Shown piece after piece: positions 1 through 10,525 of a stretch of DNA of 64,000 bases. Within the stretch, counting starts at the first letter, position 1. Each line of letters begins with the position of its first letter. The notes below the pieces were generated by a model. The model was not told where the DNA came from, ran no database searches, and worked only from the letters and a program-made list of their open reading frames with translations. This stretch comes from an uncultured Verrucomicrobiota bacterium (lineage in GTDB: Bacteria > Verrucomicrobiota > Verrucomicrobiia > Limisphaerales > J093), in assembly GCA_964535555.1 (NCBI GenBank), contig CAZHUS010000036.1, positions 337 to 64,336 on the forward strand, in the 5' to 3' direction. Both the position numbers and the translations under genes were made by a program.

Positions 1-625
<625 letters not shown>

Positions 626-748
626 GAAAACGTTAGCTTGACCCAACCGATCGCCTTCGCGAGCGGTTGGTGCAATTGTTAAACTCGTCGCGCGATGCCC
701 ACTAACACGGCATCACACGAAGGGGCTCATCTTGTCGCACAATTCAAC

Positions 749-760
749 TTTCAAAGACCG
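749..760 (-). promoter_or_regulatory. boxA-like rRNA antitermination element in the rrn leader
   Basis: Minus strand GGTCTTTGAAAG about 125 nt upstream of the 16S 5' end; resembles the rrn boxA consensus. Confidence 0.6.
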
Positions 761-859
761 CGGGTTTTCACCCGTTGTTTTATCCCCATCTAGGGGATAA
801 AAAGGCCGACCGCCGAACCGGTTTGACTGATCCGACGCGTCAGCCGCTTCCCTCGAAGC

Positions 860-894
860 GCCGCCAAGCATAGGCCATCGGAGAAAAAGGTCAA
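860..894 (-). promoter_or_regulatory. sigma70-type rrn promoter
   Basis: Minus strand TTGACC (894-889), 16 nt spacer, TATGCT (872-867), then GC-rich discriminator TGGCGGC. This is the classic rRNA promoter layout. Confidence 0.8.
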
Positions 895-1036
895 CGGGTT
901 TTCGAAAGTTTTTGAGAGATCGTAACCATCTGTCGACGTGGATGTTACAAAAACGGCGCGTCTCAGCCCGAAAAAAGATGGGGGCGGACCAGCGAAAAAC
1001 GAGCGACTGCAGACCGAAAACGCGGCGACTTTCGGT

Positions 1037-2254
1037 TCAGGCTCCGGTCACCGAACCCGGGCCCGCCGGCGGATCTTCGGTTTCAACATGTTGACTACGA
1101 GTCCGTTCGGCACGAAGTCGCAGCTGACCGCATGCAGCGTCGATGTCCCGGCCCTTTTCTGTTCGCAGGGTGGCCAGAGCTCCCCCATCGATCAGCAAGC
1201 CCAGAAACCGCTCCTGGATCTCACGAGCCGGCGTTTCCCAAGCGAAATCCGGCACCCGGTTGTAGGGAATCAAGTTCACCTTGGCTCCCAATCGTCTCGC
1301 CAATCTGGCCAGTTCACGCGCTTGGAGCCCGGAATCGTTGAATCCGGCGATCAGGATGTACTCGAGCGTGATCATCCTGCCTTTGCGTACGACGTAATAA
1401 TCGCATGCTGACAGCAGCTCCCGCAGCGGGTACTTGCGATTGACGGGCATGAGTCGGTCCCGGAGCTCGTCCGAGACGGCGTGCAACGAAATGGCAAGCC
1501 GAAATTGCTCCGGTTCCGCGGCAAACTGGCGTATCTGCGGAACCAAACCGCTCGTGGAGACTGTGATGCGACGCGCGCCGATCCTTCCGCCCCAAGGGGC
1601 ATTCAAGATCCTCAGCGCGCTGAGCAGGTTGGGATAGTTGGCCATGGGCTCTCCCATTCCCATCACCACCACGTTGTCCACGACACGGACGGGTCGCCTC
1701 CGAGAATTGCCAGGGTTGTCCACAGAATCTTCGGGGGCGCCCTGGGGTGGATCTCCCGAGCGTGACGCGCTCGGTCGACACCAACGCTCCACCGCCAGCA
1801 CCTGGCCGACAATCTCCTCCACCCGGAGATTACGCCGGAAACCCTCGAGGCCGCTGGCGCAGAAGCGGCAGCCGTACGCACATCCGACCTGGGTGGAAAT
1901 GCAGAGCGTGTGCCGGTCGCTCGGTTCGCCGTAGAGTGCTTCGCTGGCAGGGATCAGGACGCTTTCGAGAAAGGCACCATCTGGCAGGCGCCAGAGGAAT
2001 TTCTGCGTGGAGTCCCGGGAGCCTTGCACGGTCACGACCGTGGGCGTTTGGCAGGTGAAGGCTGCGCGAAGCCGTTCGCGGAGCGGCCTCGGCAGGGTGG
2101 ACATCTGGTTCCAGTCATCCACGAACCGCACATGGAGCCAATCCATGAGCTGGCGAGCCCGATAAGCGGGCTCGCCCCATGAGCCCAGCACCGCCTCCAG
2201 TTCGGCAAGCGAGAGGGAGCGGATGTCAGGAAGCGGCGGCGCCGCGCGGGTCAC
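1037..2254 (-). CDS. rlmN: Radical SAM RNA methyltransferase RlmN (23S m2A2503 / tRNA A37)
   Basis: CISTQVGCAYGCRFCASG (CxxxCxxC), MGMGEP, LAISLHA, DIDAACGQL. GTG at 2254 overlaps the glgP stop (GTGA); the ORF track start at 2368 is probably too long. Confidence 0.93.
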   Translation of the reverse strand: MTRAAPPLPDIRSLSLAELEAVLGSWGEPAYRARQLMDWLHVRFVDDWNQMSTLPRPLRERLRAAFTCQTPTVVTVQGSRDSTQKFLWRLPDGAFLESVLIPASEALYGEPSDRHTLCISTQVGCAYGCRFCASGLEGFRRNLRVEEIVGQVLAVERWCRPSASRSGDPPQGAPEDSVDNPGNSRRRPVRVVDNVVVMGMGEPMANYPNLLSALRILNAPWGGRIGARRITVSTSGLVPQIRQFAAEPEQFRLAISLHAVSDELRDRLMPVNRKYPLRELLSACDYYVVRKGRMITLEYILIAGFNDSGLQARELARLARRLGAKVNLIPYNRVPDFAWETPAREIQERFLGLLIDGGALATLRTEKGRDIDAACGQLRLRAERTRSQHVETEDPPAGPGSVTGA

Positions 2255-4446
2255 GCTGCCGGTGGGCGGGGCGGCAGGTAATACCGCCCGGTGTACTCCC
2301 GAACCATGCGGGACGTGTTGAACTGCGGAACGAGGGTCGCCATGGACCTGCGGATTTTCTGAACCCATTGACGCGGGATGCCGTTGGCATCACGGCTAAA
2401 GAAGCACGGAATGACGTCCTGCACCAGCACCCGGAACAGCGCTTCGCTGTCCTCGTGGTCCTGGGCCTCGATCGTGGTAGGGTCCTCATCCCCACCAATG
2501 GCAAAGCCGTTGGCGTGCCCGGGCAAGTAGCCTTCCCGCCACCAGCCATCGAGAATGCTGAAGTTGAGGCAGCCGTTGATCGCAGCCTTCATCCCGCTCG
2601 TGCCGGAGGCTTCGAGCGGCCGGCGGGGGTTGTTCAACCAGATGTCGCAACCCGCAACCATCTGGCGCGCCACGTGGATGTCGTAGTTTTCGATGAACAC
2701 GAGGCTCCCGCGGAGTTCGCTGTGCTTGCTGAGGTGGAGGATGTGCTGGATGAGCCGCTTGCCCTCGTTATCACGAGGGTGCGCCTTGCCCGCGAAGATG
2801 AACTGAACCGGCTGGCGCCGGTCGTGGGCGAGTTTGATCACCTGCTCAAAGTGCTGAAACAGCAGGGTCGCCCGTTTGTAGGTCGCAAACCGGCGGGCGA
2901 AGCCGATGGTAAGGGCGTCCGGATTGAGCAGATGATCGTACTCGATGAAGGCGGTTCGCGTGAGCCGTTCGCCCTGCAGCAGCAACCGTCGCCGGGTAAA
3001 CTCCACAAGTTCGCGCCGGAGTTGATAGCGCAAGGCCCAGATCTCCTCATCGCTCACGAACTCCGGTGCAGTGATCTTGCTCCAGAACTCCGCGGTGTTG
3101 ACTTCGTCCTCCCAGAGTCGGGAACTGCGCAGATCTCCGCCGTTGGGGGCGCCCGCGCCGTTGTTGAGCTTGCGGCGCCAGAACTGCCTCACGCTGCCTT
3201 TCATCCACCCCAGGAGATGAACGCCGTTGGTGATATGGCCAATGGGCACCTGGTCCTCGCTCACGGTGGGGTACAGCCGGTGCCACATGCGGCGGCTGAC
3301 CTTGCCATGAAGTTCGCTGACGCCATTGGCGGCGCGTGATCCGTTGAGCGCGAGCACCGTCATGCAGAAAGGCTCGGTCTGGTCCTTGGGATGCACCTTG
3401 CCGAGCGCCATCAACTGGTCGTGGGTGAGCCTGAGTTGGGTGCAGAACTCGCCGGCGGCGTATTTCATCAGATCGCTGCTGAAACGGTCATGCCCGGCTT
3501 CGACCGGGGTGTGCGTCGTAAACACACACTCGGCGCGGGTCGCTTCCATGGCCGCCGCGAAGGAACGGCCCGCGACCATTTTTTCACGAGCCAGCTCAAG
3601 CGTGAGGAAGGCCGCGTGGCCTTCGTTCATGTGAAAGGTGGAGGGGCGGTATCCCAGCAGGCGGAGCAACCTCACCCCGCCGACGCCGAGGAGGAGTTCC
3701 TGCATGATGCGGGTGGTGCTGTCGCCACCGTAGACCCGCAGCGTCAGCTCGCGTTGGTGCGGCTCGTTCTCCGGCAGATCGGTATCCAGGAGAAACACCG
3801 GGCAGCGTCCCACATTCACCCGCCAGGCGCGGAACTGAATGTCGGCGGAAGCGATCCGCACGCTGCCGGTCACGGGTTCGCCGCGGGGATCAAGGACTGC
3901 CTCCATCGGCAGGTTGCGCGGGTCGAGGTGGGAGTAGTACTCCGTCTGCCAGTTCTCCTCGTTGAAGGACTGCATGAAGTACCCCTCGCGGTAGAAGAGG
4001 CTCATCCCGACGAAGGGCAGGCCCAGGTCGCTGGCCGATTTGGCATGGTCCCCGGCGAGGACACCGAGGCCTCCCGCCGCGATGGGCAGCGTCTCATGAA
4101 ATCCGAACTCGGCGCTGAAATAGGCGATCGGGGTTTCCCGGAGCTCACGCGCGTTGGCCGCCGCCCAAGTGTCGTCGCGCTGCATGTAGGCATCGAACTT
4201 CCGCAACACCCGCCTCACGCGGTTGGCGAAATCCTGGTCCTGCAGCCGGACTCGCAACTCATAATCCGAGACCTCCCGGAGGATCGCGACGGCGTTGTGG
4301 TAAAGGTTTTGCCAGCCGCGGGGAGAGAGTTCCTGGAAGAGGTCTTGGGCGTCCTGGTCCCAGGTCCACCACAAGTTGCGCGCCATGCGGTTCAACCCGA
4401 CCGCCAATCCCGTAATATCGCCCGGTGCCAGGGGTGTTGTGCCCAT
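2251..4446 (-). CDS. glgP: Alpha-glucan (glycogen/maltodextrin) phosphorylase
   Basis: NLWWTWD, AYFSAEFG, GGLGVLAGDH, HMNEGHAAF, FARRFATYKR, EASGTSGMKAAING (PLP lysine), DGWW. Start taken as MGTTP at 4446. Confidence 0.96.
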   Translation of the reverse strand: MGTTPLAPGDITGLAVGLNRMARNLWWTWDQDAQDLFQELSPRGWQNLYHNAVAILREVSDYELRVRLQDQDFANRVRRVLRKFDAYMQRDDTWAAANARELRETPIAYFSAEFGFHETLPIAAGGLGVLAGDHAKSASDLGLPFVGMSLFYREGYFMQSFNEENWQTEYYSHLDPRNLPMEAVLDPRGEPVTGSVRIASADIQFRAWRVNVGRCPVFLLDTDLPENEPHQRELTLRVYGGDSTTRIMQELLLGVGGVRLLRLLGYRPSTFHMNEGHAAFLTLELAREKMVAGRSFAAAMEATRAECVFTTHTPVEAGHDRFSSDLMKYAAGEFCTQLRLTHDQLMALGKVHPKDQTEPFCMTVLALNGSRAANGVSELHGKVSRRMWHRLYPTVSEDQVPIGHITNGVHLLGWMKGSVRQFWRRKLNNGAGAPNGGDLRSSRLWEDEVNTAEFWSKITAPEFVSDEEIWALRYQLRRELVEFTRRRLLLQGERLTRTAFIEYDHLLNPDALTIGFARRFATYKRATLLFQHFEQVIKLAHDRRQPVQFIFAGKAHPRDNEGKRLIQHILHLSKHSELRGSLVFIENYDIHVARQMVAGCDIWLNNPRRPLEASGTSGMKAAINGCLNFSILDGWWREGYLPGHANGFAIGGDEDPTTIEAQDHEDSEALFRVLVQDVIPCFFSRDANGIPRQWVQKIRRSMATLVPQFNTSRMVREYTGRYYLPPRPPAA

Positions 4447-4832
4447 TCGTTGTTCTTCCGTCCGCCGGTCTGGTTCAGCTCCCGAGCAGCGGCGACCGGC
4501 GATTCGCGCCGCCAACCCGGGGCTGTATCTCGAGCGCCGGAGGAAAACGCGCAGGGGTGGCGTATCCCGCCTTGGCGTTCGGTTGTCAGCCGCGCGAACG
4601 CTACCATCGGGTCCCCTGCCCGCAATCCAATTCCCGGCGCGAGAACAGCACCAACCCCTTGTCTCGGGGCGCGACGCGTCGTCCCGGCCCCGCCCAACTG
4701 TCCTGGCATGGTTCTAGCGAGCTGATCGTCCAAGTCGGCGTTACGCCGTGGAATTGGTGAAAGCAACCCAACAGATGTTCGCCTCTTGCGGAACCTGCCC
4801 GTTCGGCGCGGTCGCCTCTCTCCTCCCTCGTC

Positions 4833-7250
4833 ATGCACGCTCTTCGTAATCCCATCGGCCGGATTGCCGGATTCGCGGTTGTGGCTTCAGCCCTGCTTCA
4901 CGCCGGTGAAGGTCCCCCTGCCGGAAACACGGACCCAGCCAAAGTGAGCCTGGAAGCCGTTCGTGCTGAGACACACGAACCCGAGCCCAACATCCGCGTG
5001 GCACCCGGGGTTCTGCGTGTCAGCCGCCGGGGAGTCCTCGCCGAGGAACTTACCGTATGGCTGAAATTCGAGGGAAGCGCGACACCCGGACAGGACTATG
5101 AGGTGCTGCCGGCCCAGGTGACCATTCCCTCCCACCGCGAAAGCCTCGACCTGCTGGTGACCGCGCTGGATGACGAAATCGGTGAAGGACCGGAGACCGT
5201 GGTTGCGCTGCTCCAGCCGGATCCGGGGATGGGACCTCGCGAGCGCTACACCATCGAACCTGGAGCCGCCGCGGCCAAGGTGCAGATTTTCGATGGCCAC
5301 TCCGCCCCGCGAACTTCCGTCAGAATCACGGCACCCCTGCCGGGAATGCGCTTCCGGCAAGGCGAGCCGATCGCGATCGAAGCGGTCGCGATCGACTCCG
5401 CCGGGTTCATTGAGGCGCTCGATTTCTTCGCTGACGGCGAAAAGATCGGCGAATCGGTTCTCGCCTGGCCGGCCTGCGTGGGCTGTGAGCCCAAGCCAGG
5501 CGATCCAGCGAAGCATGCGTTCATCTGGAATGCCCCGCCCGCGGGCAGGCATGAACTCTGGGCGACGGCCTCGCACCGCTTGATACTTGCGCCGTCACCG
5601 GAGGAGGAAACGATCGACCCCCCGGCCACAAGCGTCCCGGTGGAGGTCAACGTTGTTGGAATGCCCTCCTCGGTGCGGTTCGCCGTCCACGCGACGCGAC
5701 CAGTCGCCGAGGAATCCTCCCTGCCGTACAAGCGAATTCCCCTGACAGGCGAACTCGTGATTTCGCGTACCGGTGATCTCGCGCAACCCGCCGCGGTCTT
5801 CGTCCAATACGAGGGCGAGGCGAAAGCCGGCGTCGATTACGAACCGCTCCCCTGGCGGGTTGAGATCCCCGCCGGAGAACGCGCCGTGGCGCTCGAGGTC
5901 AGGGCCATTCCTGACGAAGTGACCGAAGGCGCCGAGAAGCTGGTGGCGACACTTTCAGTCTGCCCGCCGTCCCTGGACCCTCCTTCGGAGCTTCCTTGCC
6001 TCGATGTGGACATCAACCCGGAGTTCGCCTCGGCGGGGATTGTGCTTTGCGATGACGCCCGCTGCGGACGCTCCGCATCGCTCGAACTCACGCATCCCCG
6101 GCCGGGCACGAAATACCGCGCCGGCGAATCCGTTCCGGTCCGCGCGGTGGCGATCGATCCGTTGGGCGCCATCTATCGGGTCGAGTTTTGGGCCGGCGAA
6201 GAGCGCGTCGGTGTCTCGGAACTGTGGACCTTCCGCGAGCCCGATCCCGGTGACCCCATGCACCACGAGTTCGTCTGGAAAGGAGCCCGGCCCGGCACGC
6301 ACCTTCTCACCGCCCGCGCCACGGATTCCGCAGGAGCACCGCTCGTCTCTGCGCCGGTCGAGGTGACCATCGTGACATCGCCGGCCTTGAAGGTCAGCAT
6401 TCTGACGCCTCCCAAGGGCGCGGTGTTTGGGCCGGACGACGCGGTGGAAGTCCACGCGGTGGCTTCGAGCGAGTCAGCCCGAATCCAGCGGCTTGAGGTC
6501 TACGGTGATGACAGCTTGCTGGGATCGACTGACTCAGGCGAACTCAAGGTCTCCTGGGACCAACCGCCCTTGGGAGTTCACAAGCTCATCGCGCGTGCGA
6601 GCAGTGACGACGGTCAAACGGCGACCTCGGAACCCGTGCGGTTCCTCGTTCGCCCCGAGCCGGCGCGCGGTTACGTGGAGCGGAGCTTGCCGCCGACCTA
6701 CACACCGGGGCAGAGCCTCGAAGTCCTTCTCGCCTCCGCGCCACCCCAGGGAGCCCAGGCGTGGGCCGTCGCCGACCGGCCACCCGCGGGTTGGAGTGTT
6801 TCCGATATGAGCCCGGGGGGAAGCTGGGACGCCGCGTGGGGAGTCGTGAGGTTCGGGCCTTTCTCGGATACCCAGACCCGGACGCTCAGCTACCAGGTGC
6901 TACCGCCTGAAGCGTCCAAGGACCGCCAGGTCTTCTCCGGAAAGGCCTCGGTGGACGGGAAGGTAAGCCTGATTCGGGGCGACCGGCTCATCCTCCCCAG
7001 CAGAACGGCCCCCGACCCCGCCGAGCCGGCTTTGACTTTTCGAGGGTACCACCGCCAGGGCCAGGAGATCCGCTTCGAAGTGGGCGGAAAACCCGGCGTC
7101 GTCTGTGAGATTGAAGTCTCGTCTGACCTGAAGCGCTGGGAGCATCATTCGACTGTCTTTGTCCTGGAGGATGGCACCGTCCCGGTCATGGAGGACCGCC
7201 CCTCGGAAAATCGGCGCTTTTTCCGCGCGCGCCCGGTCAGTGAACCATAG
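4833..7250 (+). CDS. Secreted multidomain protein: two Calx-beta + Ig-like pairs, a further Ig-like and a cohesin-like domain, and a C-terminal domain
   Basis: N-terminal signal-like segment; G.A..G.DY Calx-beta motifs; repeated 'AVAIDxxGxIxxV(D/E)FxAxxE(K/R)(I/V)G' Ig units; ends EVSSDLKRW...RFFRAR. Confidence 0.8.
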   Translation: MHALRNPIGRIAGFAVVASALLHAGEGPPAGNTDPAKVSLEAVRAETHEPEPNIRVAPGVLRVSRRGVLAEELTVWLKFEGSATPGQDYEVLPAQVTIPSHRESLDLLVTALDDEIGEGPETVVALLQPDPGMGPRERYTIEPGAAAAKVQIFDGHSAPRTSVRITAPLPGMRFRQGEPIAIEAVAIDSAGFIEALDFFADGEKIGESVLAWPACVGCEPKPGDPAKHAFIWNAPPAGRHELWATASHRLILAPSPEEETIDPPATSVPVEVNVVGMPSSVRFAVHATRPVAEESSLPYKRIPLTGELVISRTGDLAQPAAVFVQYEGEAKAGVDYEPLPWRVEIPAGERAVALEVRAIPDEVTEGAEKLVATLSVCPPSLDPPSELPCLDVDINPEFASAGIVLCDDARCGRSASLELTHPRPGTKYRAGESVPVRAVAIDPLGAIYRVEFWAGEERVGVSELWTFREPDPGDPMHHEFVWKGARPGTHLLTARATDSAGAPLVSAPVEVTIVTSPALKVSILTPPKGAVFGPDDAVEVHAVASSESARIQRLEVYGDDSLLGSTDSGELKVSWDQPPLGVHKLIARASSDDGQTATSEPVRFLVRPEPARGYVERSLPPTYTPGQSLEVLLASAPPQGAQAWAVADRPPAGWSVSDMSPGGSWDAAWGVVRFGPFSDTQTRTLSYQVLPPEASKDRQVFSGKASVDGKVSLIRGDRLILPSRTAPDPAEPALTFRGYHRQGQEIRFEVGGKPGVVCEIEVSSDLKRWEHHSTVFVLEDGTVPVMEDRPSENRRFFRARPVSEP

Positions 7251-7400
7251 TCGGCGCCTGTCTCCGCGCCTGCCATCGGAGGGAGCGCCACGGTCTCTCG
7301 CCTGCCTCCAGCGTGTGCCTCGGCGCGAAGGAACGGCCCGGCCGCGGCCGGGGCTTCGGGCTTGACGCGATCCGAGCCCGTCGGTGGAGTGTTTTTCCTG

Positions 7401-8171
7401 ATGCGCACGCCACGTTTCGCCCGAGCCTTGCTGATCGCGCTCCTGCTGCCTGTGCTTACCCCGCCGGTTGCTCGTGCTGCCGAGCCCGCGGCGGCGGAGG
7501 ATCCGCTGCGGGAGAAGACGCAGGAAATCGAGCGGCTGAAACGGGAACTTGACGCGCAGGAGCGCGAGTTGGAACGGTTGCGCAAGGACAATGAACGGCT
7601 GAAGAAATCGGAGCAGAAGGAACAAAAGCAACGGCAGGCCGAGGAGGAAAAGCGTCTCAAGCAGGACCTGGAACGTCTCCGGCGGGAGAACGAGCGACTC
7701 CGCTCAGCGACGCCGAGCGCCTCGAATCCCGTGGCGGATTCGTCACCCGCACTCCAGCCTCTGCCCCGGATCGAAACCCTCCCTCCGTTGGCGGACGACG
7801 CGCTCGTGGCCGCCGCGGAGCTCGTGGGGCATTTCCTCGCGGAACCTGAAGCGGCCGCGCGGCGTTACCAGGGCAGGACTTTCCGCGTGAAGGGCGAGGT
7901 GGACCGCTTTGATCGCGCGATGGTGACTCGGGATTTCACGGTGATGCTGCGCTCCCCGGACCGTGGCACTCTCCTGAAGTTCAAGTTCAACTACGTGGGC
8001 AAGTACCGAACTGTTTTCACGGCTCAAGACGGCCGGGAACTGGTCGCGCGGGACTCACGCGGGGGTGATTTCATCCTCTTGACCGCCGGCGAAGAGGTGG
8101 TTCTCAGCGGTCGATTCCAAGGTCTGAAGGACGGGAGCCTCACCTTTGGAGCGGCGGACATTTCCCGATAG
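7401..8171 (+). CDS. Exported coiled-coil protein with C-terminal OB-fold (tRNA_anti-like) domain
   Basis: Signal peptide (LLIALLLPVLTPPVARA), charged coiled coil, then 'A.RRYQGRTFRVKGEV...EEVVLSGRFQG'. Confidence 0.65.
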   Translation: MRTPRFARALLIALLLPVLTPPVARAAEPAAAEDPLREKTQEIERLKRELDAQERELERLRKDNERLKKSEQKEQKQRQAEEEKRLKQDLERLRRENERLRSATPSASNPVADSSPALQPLPRIETLPPLADDALVAAAELVGHFLAEPEAAARRYQGRTFRVKGEVDRFDRAMVTRDFTVMLRSPDRGTLLKFKFNYVGKYRTVFTAQDGRELVARDSRGGDFILLTAGEEVVLSGRFQGLKDGSLTFGAADISR

Positions 8172-8425
8172 CTCCTCGTTCTCTCAAGGGCGCTCGTTAC
8201 AGCCCGATCCCGGGAATTCACCCACGGGCAGAACGCTGACCGTCTGAGGCGCGCCTTGCTCTCGTTAAGAGCCCGGGCTAGTAAGCACTGCGGATTGACG
8301 CTCCTCGGGGTCTAAGCTCAGCCTCAGCAGCAGGACGGCCCGGGAGCACGCGTTCAATTGCAGCCCCTTCATCAGCCCGGACCGTTCAACATTCGACGTG
8401 AGGGTCAGGGCTGGCCCCGGGGAGT

Positions 8426-10525
8426 ATGCAGCGAACCCAGAGGCGGAAAAGCGCGCCGGCACGTGTCGTCCCAGGACATCGCCGCGGTGTGCGGCTTTTG
8501 TTGGCCTGGCTGGCTGTCTGGTGCGTCGGGCCGCTGCGGAGTGACTCGACCCTCCCTTCGACCGCGCAGGCCAGGGAACCACGGTCTCTCCAGGTACAAT
8601 TCGCCTCGGGGGTGGGTCTCGGGTTGGCTTTGGGGTTCGTGCTTCAAATCGGATTGCGACGCTGGCGGAGGACCCGCGAAGCGTCGGGCGCCGATGTCCA
8701 AACCGCCTCGACCCTGCTTTCGGGCCAAGCCCCGGCACGGGACTGTCAGGATTCGATGGCTGCGCTCCACGAGGAGAGGCAACGCCTCCTCAGCGTGATC
8801 GATGCGGCGCAGGTCGGCACCTGGGAGTGGAACGTTCAAACCGGCGCCACGGTTTTCAACGCCCGCTGGGCGGGCATCATTGGGTACACCCTCGAGGAGC
8901 TTCAGCCCGTCTCCATCGAGACCTGGAATCGTCTGGTGCATCCCGACGACCTGCGGGCCAGCGCGCAAAACCTGAACCGGCATTTCACCCGTGAAACGGA
9001 GTACTACGAGACGGAAGCCCGCATGCGCCACAAGCATGGGGCGTGGGTATGGGTCCTCGATCGCGGACGCGTCGTTTCCTGGACCCTGGACGGCAAGCCG
9101 CTGCTGATGCGGGGAACCCACACCGACATTTCACGCCAGAAACGCTTGGAGGAAGCCCTGATAGACCGCGAACGCGAGTCGTCCACCCTGATGCAGAACC
9201 TCCCGGGAATGACTTACCGCTCGCGGGATCCGAGTCGTCCCTGGTGCCTTGATTTTGTGAGCGACGGAGCTGTCGCCCTGACCGGTTATCCCAAGGCGGC
9301 TTTGCTGCAAGGAGGCGGGACCACTTTCGCGGACCTCGTCCATGAACTGGACCGCGCCGCCGCCGAGAATGAAATGCAGTCGCGGCTCCGCCGGGGCGAA
9401 CCTTATGTCCTGCAGTATCGCTTGCGCACCTCGACGGGCCACGAGAAGTGGGTGTGGGAGCATGGCAGCGGGATTCCCGACAACCAAGGCAGGCTGCGGG
9501 GCATTGAAGCCCTGGTCCTGGACATCACCGCGCAGAGACAGGCGGAGGAGGAGTTGCGCCGAAGCGAGACCCGGTTTCGTGCCTTGATCGAACACGCGCC
9601 GGACGGGGTGGTCTTGGTATCGGCGCAGGGAGTCATGACCTTTGCCAGCCCGGCCGCACGGCGCATGTTCGGCTACAGCTCGGAGGACGTCCGGAGCATC
9701 AGTCCCAACGATTCAACGCACCCGGAGGATCTGCCCGGCGTTCTGCAGGCGCTGGAGTTGCTGATGCGTGAACCGCATCAGGTGCAGACGCTTTCCTATC
9801 GGTTCCGGCATCGGAACGGGCGGTGGATCTGGATCGAAAGCGTCTTCACCAACCTGCTGGGAGTGCCGGGGGTGGATGCCATCGTGATCAACTTCCGGGA
9901 CGTTGACGACCGCAAGCAGGCCGAGGCGGCGCTCCGCAGCAGCGAAGAGCGGTTTCGAACGCTGGTGGAGACCGCGCCGGAGGCCATCTTCATCCAGACC
10001 CAAGAATGTTTTGCGTACGCCAACACCGCCGCCCTGGCCCTGTTTCGGGCCGAAAGCGTCGAGGAACTCGTCGGCACGCCTGTTCTTGATCGCTTCCATC
10101 CGGATTACCGCGAACAAGTCCGGGAGCGGATCCGAAGGTTGAATGAAGAGGGACTGGCGGTGGAAGCGGTGGACGAGGTCTGCTTGACCCTCAAAGGCAC
10201 CTCCCGCGACGTCTCCGTCTCGGCCGTGCCTTTCTTCCACCAGGGGAGCAGGGGTGCCCTCGTCTTCGCGCGTGATATTTCCGAACGCAAACAGGCAGAG
10301 TACAAGCTGGCAAACCAGGTGGAAGAACTCCGCCGGTGGCATGCCGTCACGTTGGGACGTGAGCGCCGGGTGCTCGAGCTCAAGTCGGAGGTCAACGCGC
10401 TTCTGGCCGAACGCGAGCAACCGCCCCGCTACTCGAGCGCCGTGGGACCGACCCGGGACGATCTACCCACCGGCGGCGTAAGACGGGATCGGGACCGGCT
10501 CGCCCCGGCCGAGAATATGCCATGA
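8426..10525 (+). CDS. Membrane-anchored multi-PAS sensor (4 PAS/PAC domains) with no recognisable output domain
   Basis: GTWEWN..., VHPDDL, VHELDR, THPEDL and FHPDYR PAS cores; DIS/DIT PAC ends; C-terminal coil GRERRVLELKSEVNALL; no H-box or GGDEF. Start uncertain. Confidence 0.85.
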   Translation: MQRTQRRKSAPARVVPGHRRGVRLLLAWLAVWCVGPLRSDSTLPSTAQAREPRSLQVQFASGVGLGLALGFVLQIGLRRWRRTREASGADVQTASTLLSGQAPARDCQDSMAALHEERQRLLSVIDAAQVGTWEWNVQTGATVFNARWAGIIGYTLEELQPVSIETWNRLVHPDDLRASAQNLNRHFTRETEYYETEARMRHKHGAWVWVLDRGRVVSWTLDGKPLLMRGTHTDISRQKRLEEALIDRERESSTLMQNLPGMTYRSRDPSRPWCLDFVSDGAVALTGYPKAALLQGGGTTFADLVHELDRAAAENEMQSRLRRGEPYVLQYRLRTSTGHEKWVWEHGSGIPDNQGRLRGIEALVLDITAQRQAEEELRRSETRFRALIEHAPDGVVLVSAQGVMTFASPAARRMFGYSSEDVRSISPNDSTHPEDLPGVLQALELLMREPHQVQTLSYRFRHRNGRWIWIESVFTNLLGVPGVDAIVINFRDVDDRKQAEAALRSSEERFRTLVETAPEAIFIQTQECFAYANTAALALFRAESVEELVGTPVLDRFHPDYREQVRERIRRLNEEGLAVEAVDEVCLTLKGTSRDVSVSAVPFFHQGSRGALVFARDISERKQAEYKLANQVEELRRWHAVTLGRERRVLELKSEVNALLAEREQPPRYSSAVGPTRDDLPTGGVRRDRDRLAPAENMP

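Noticed and set aside
1037-2254. Cfr-type resistance methyltransferase
   Set aside because: The motifs (STQVGC, MGMGEP) and housekeeping context fit RlmN.
8172-8425. Possible riboswitch (such as c-di-GMP) or promoter before the PAS cluster
   Set aside because: No match to the riboswitch cores I know; the TTGACG/TAAGCT pair has only a 12-nt spacer.
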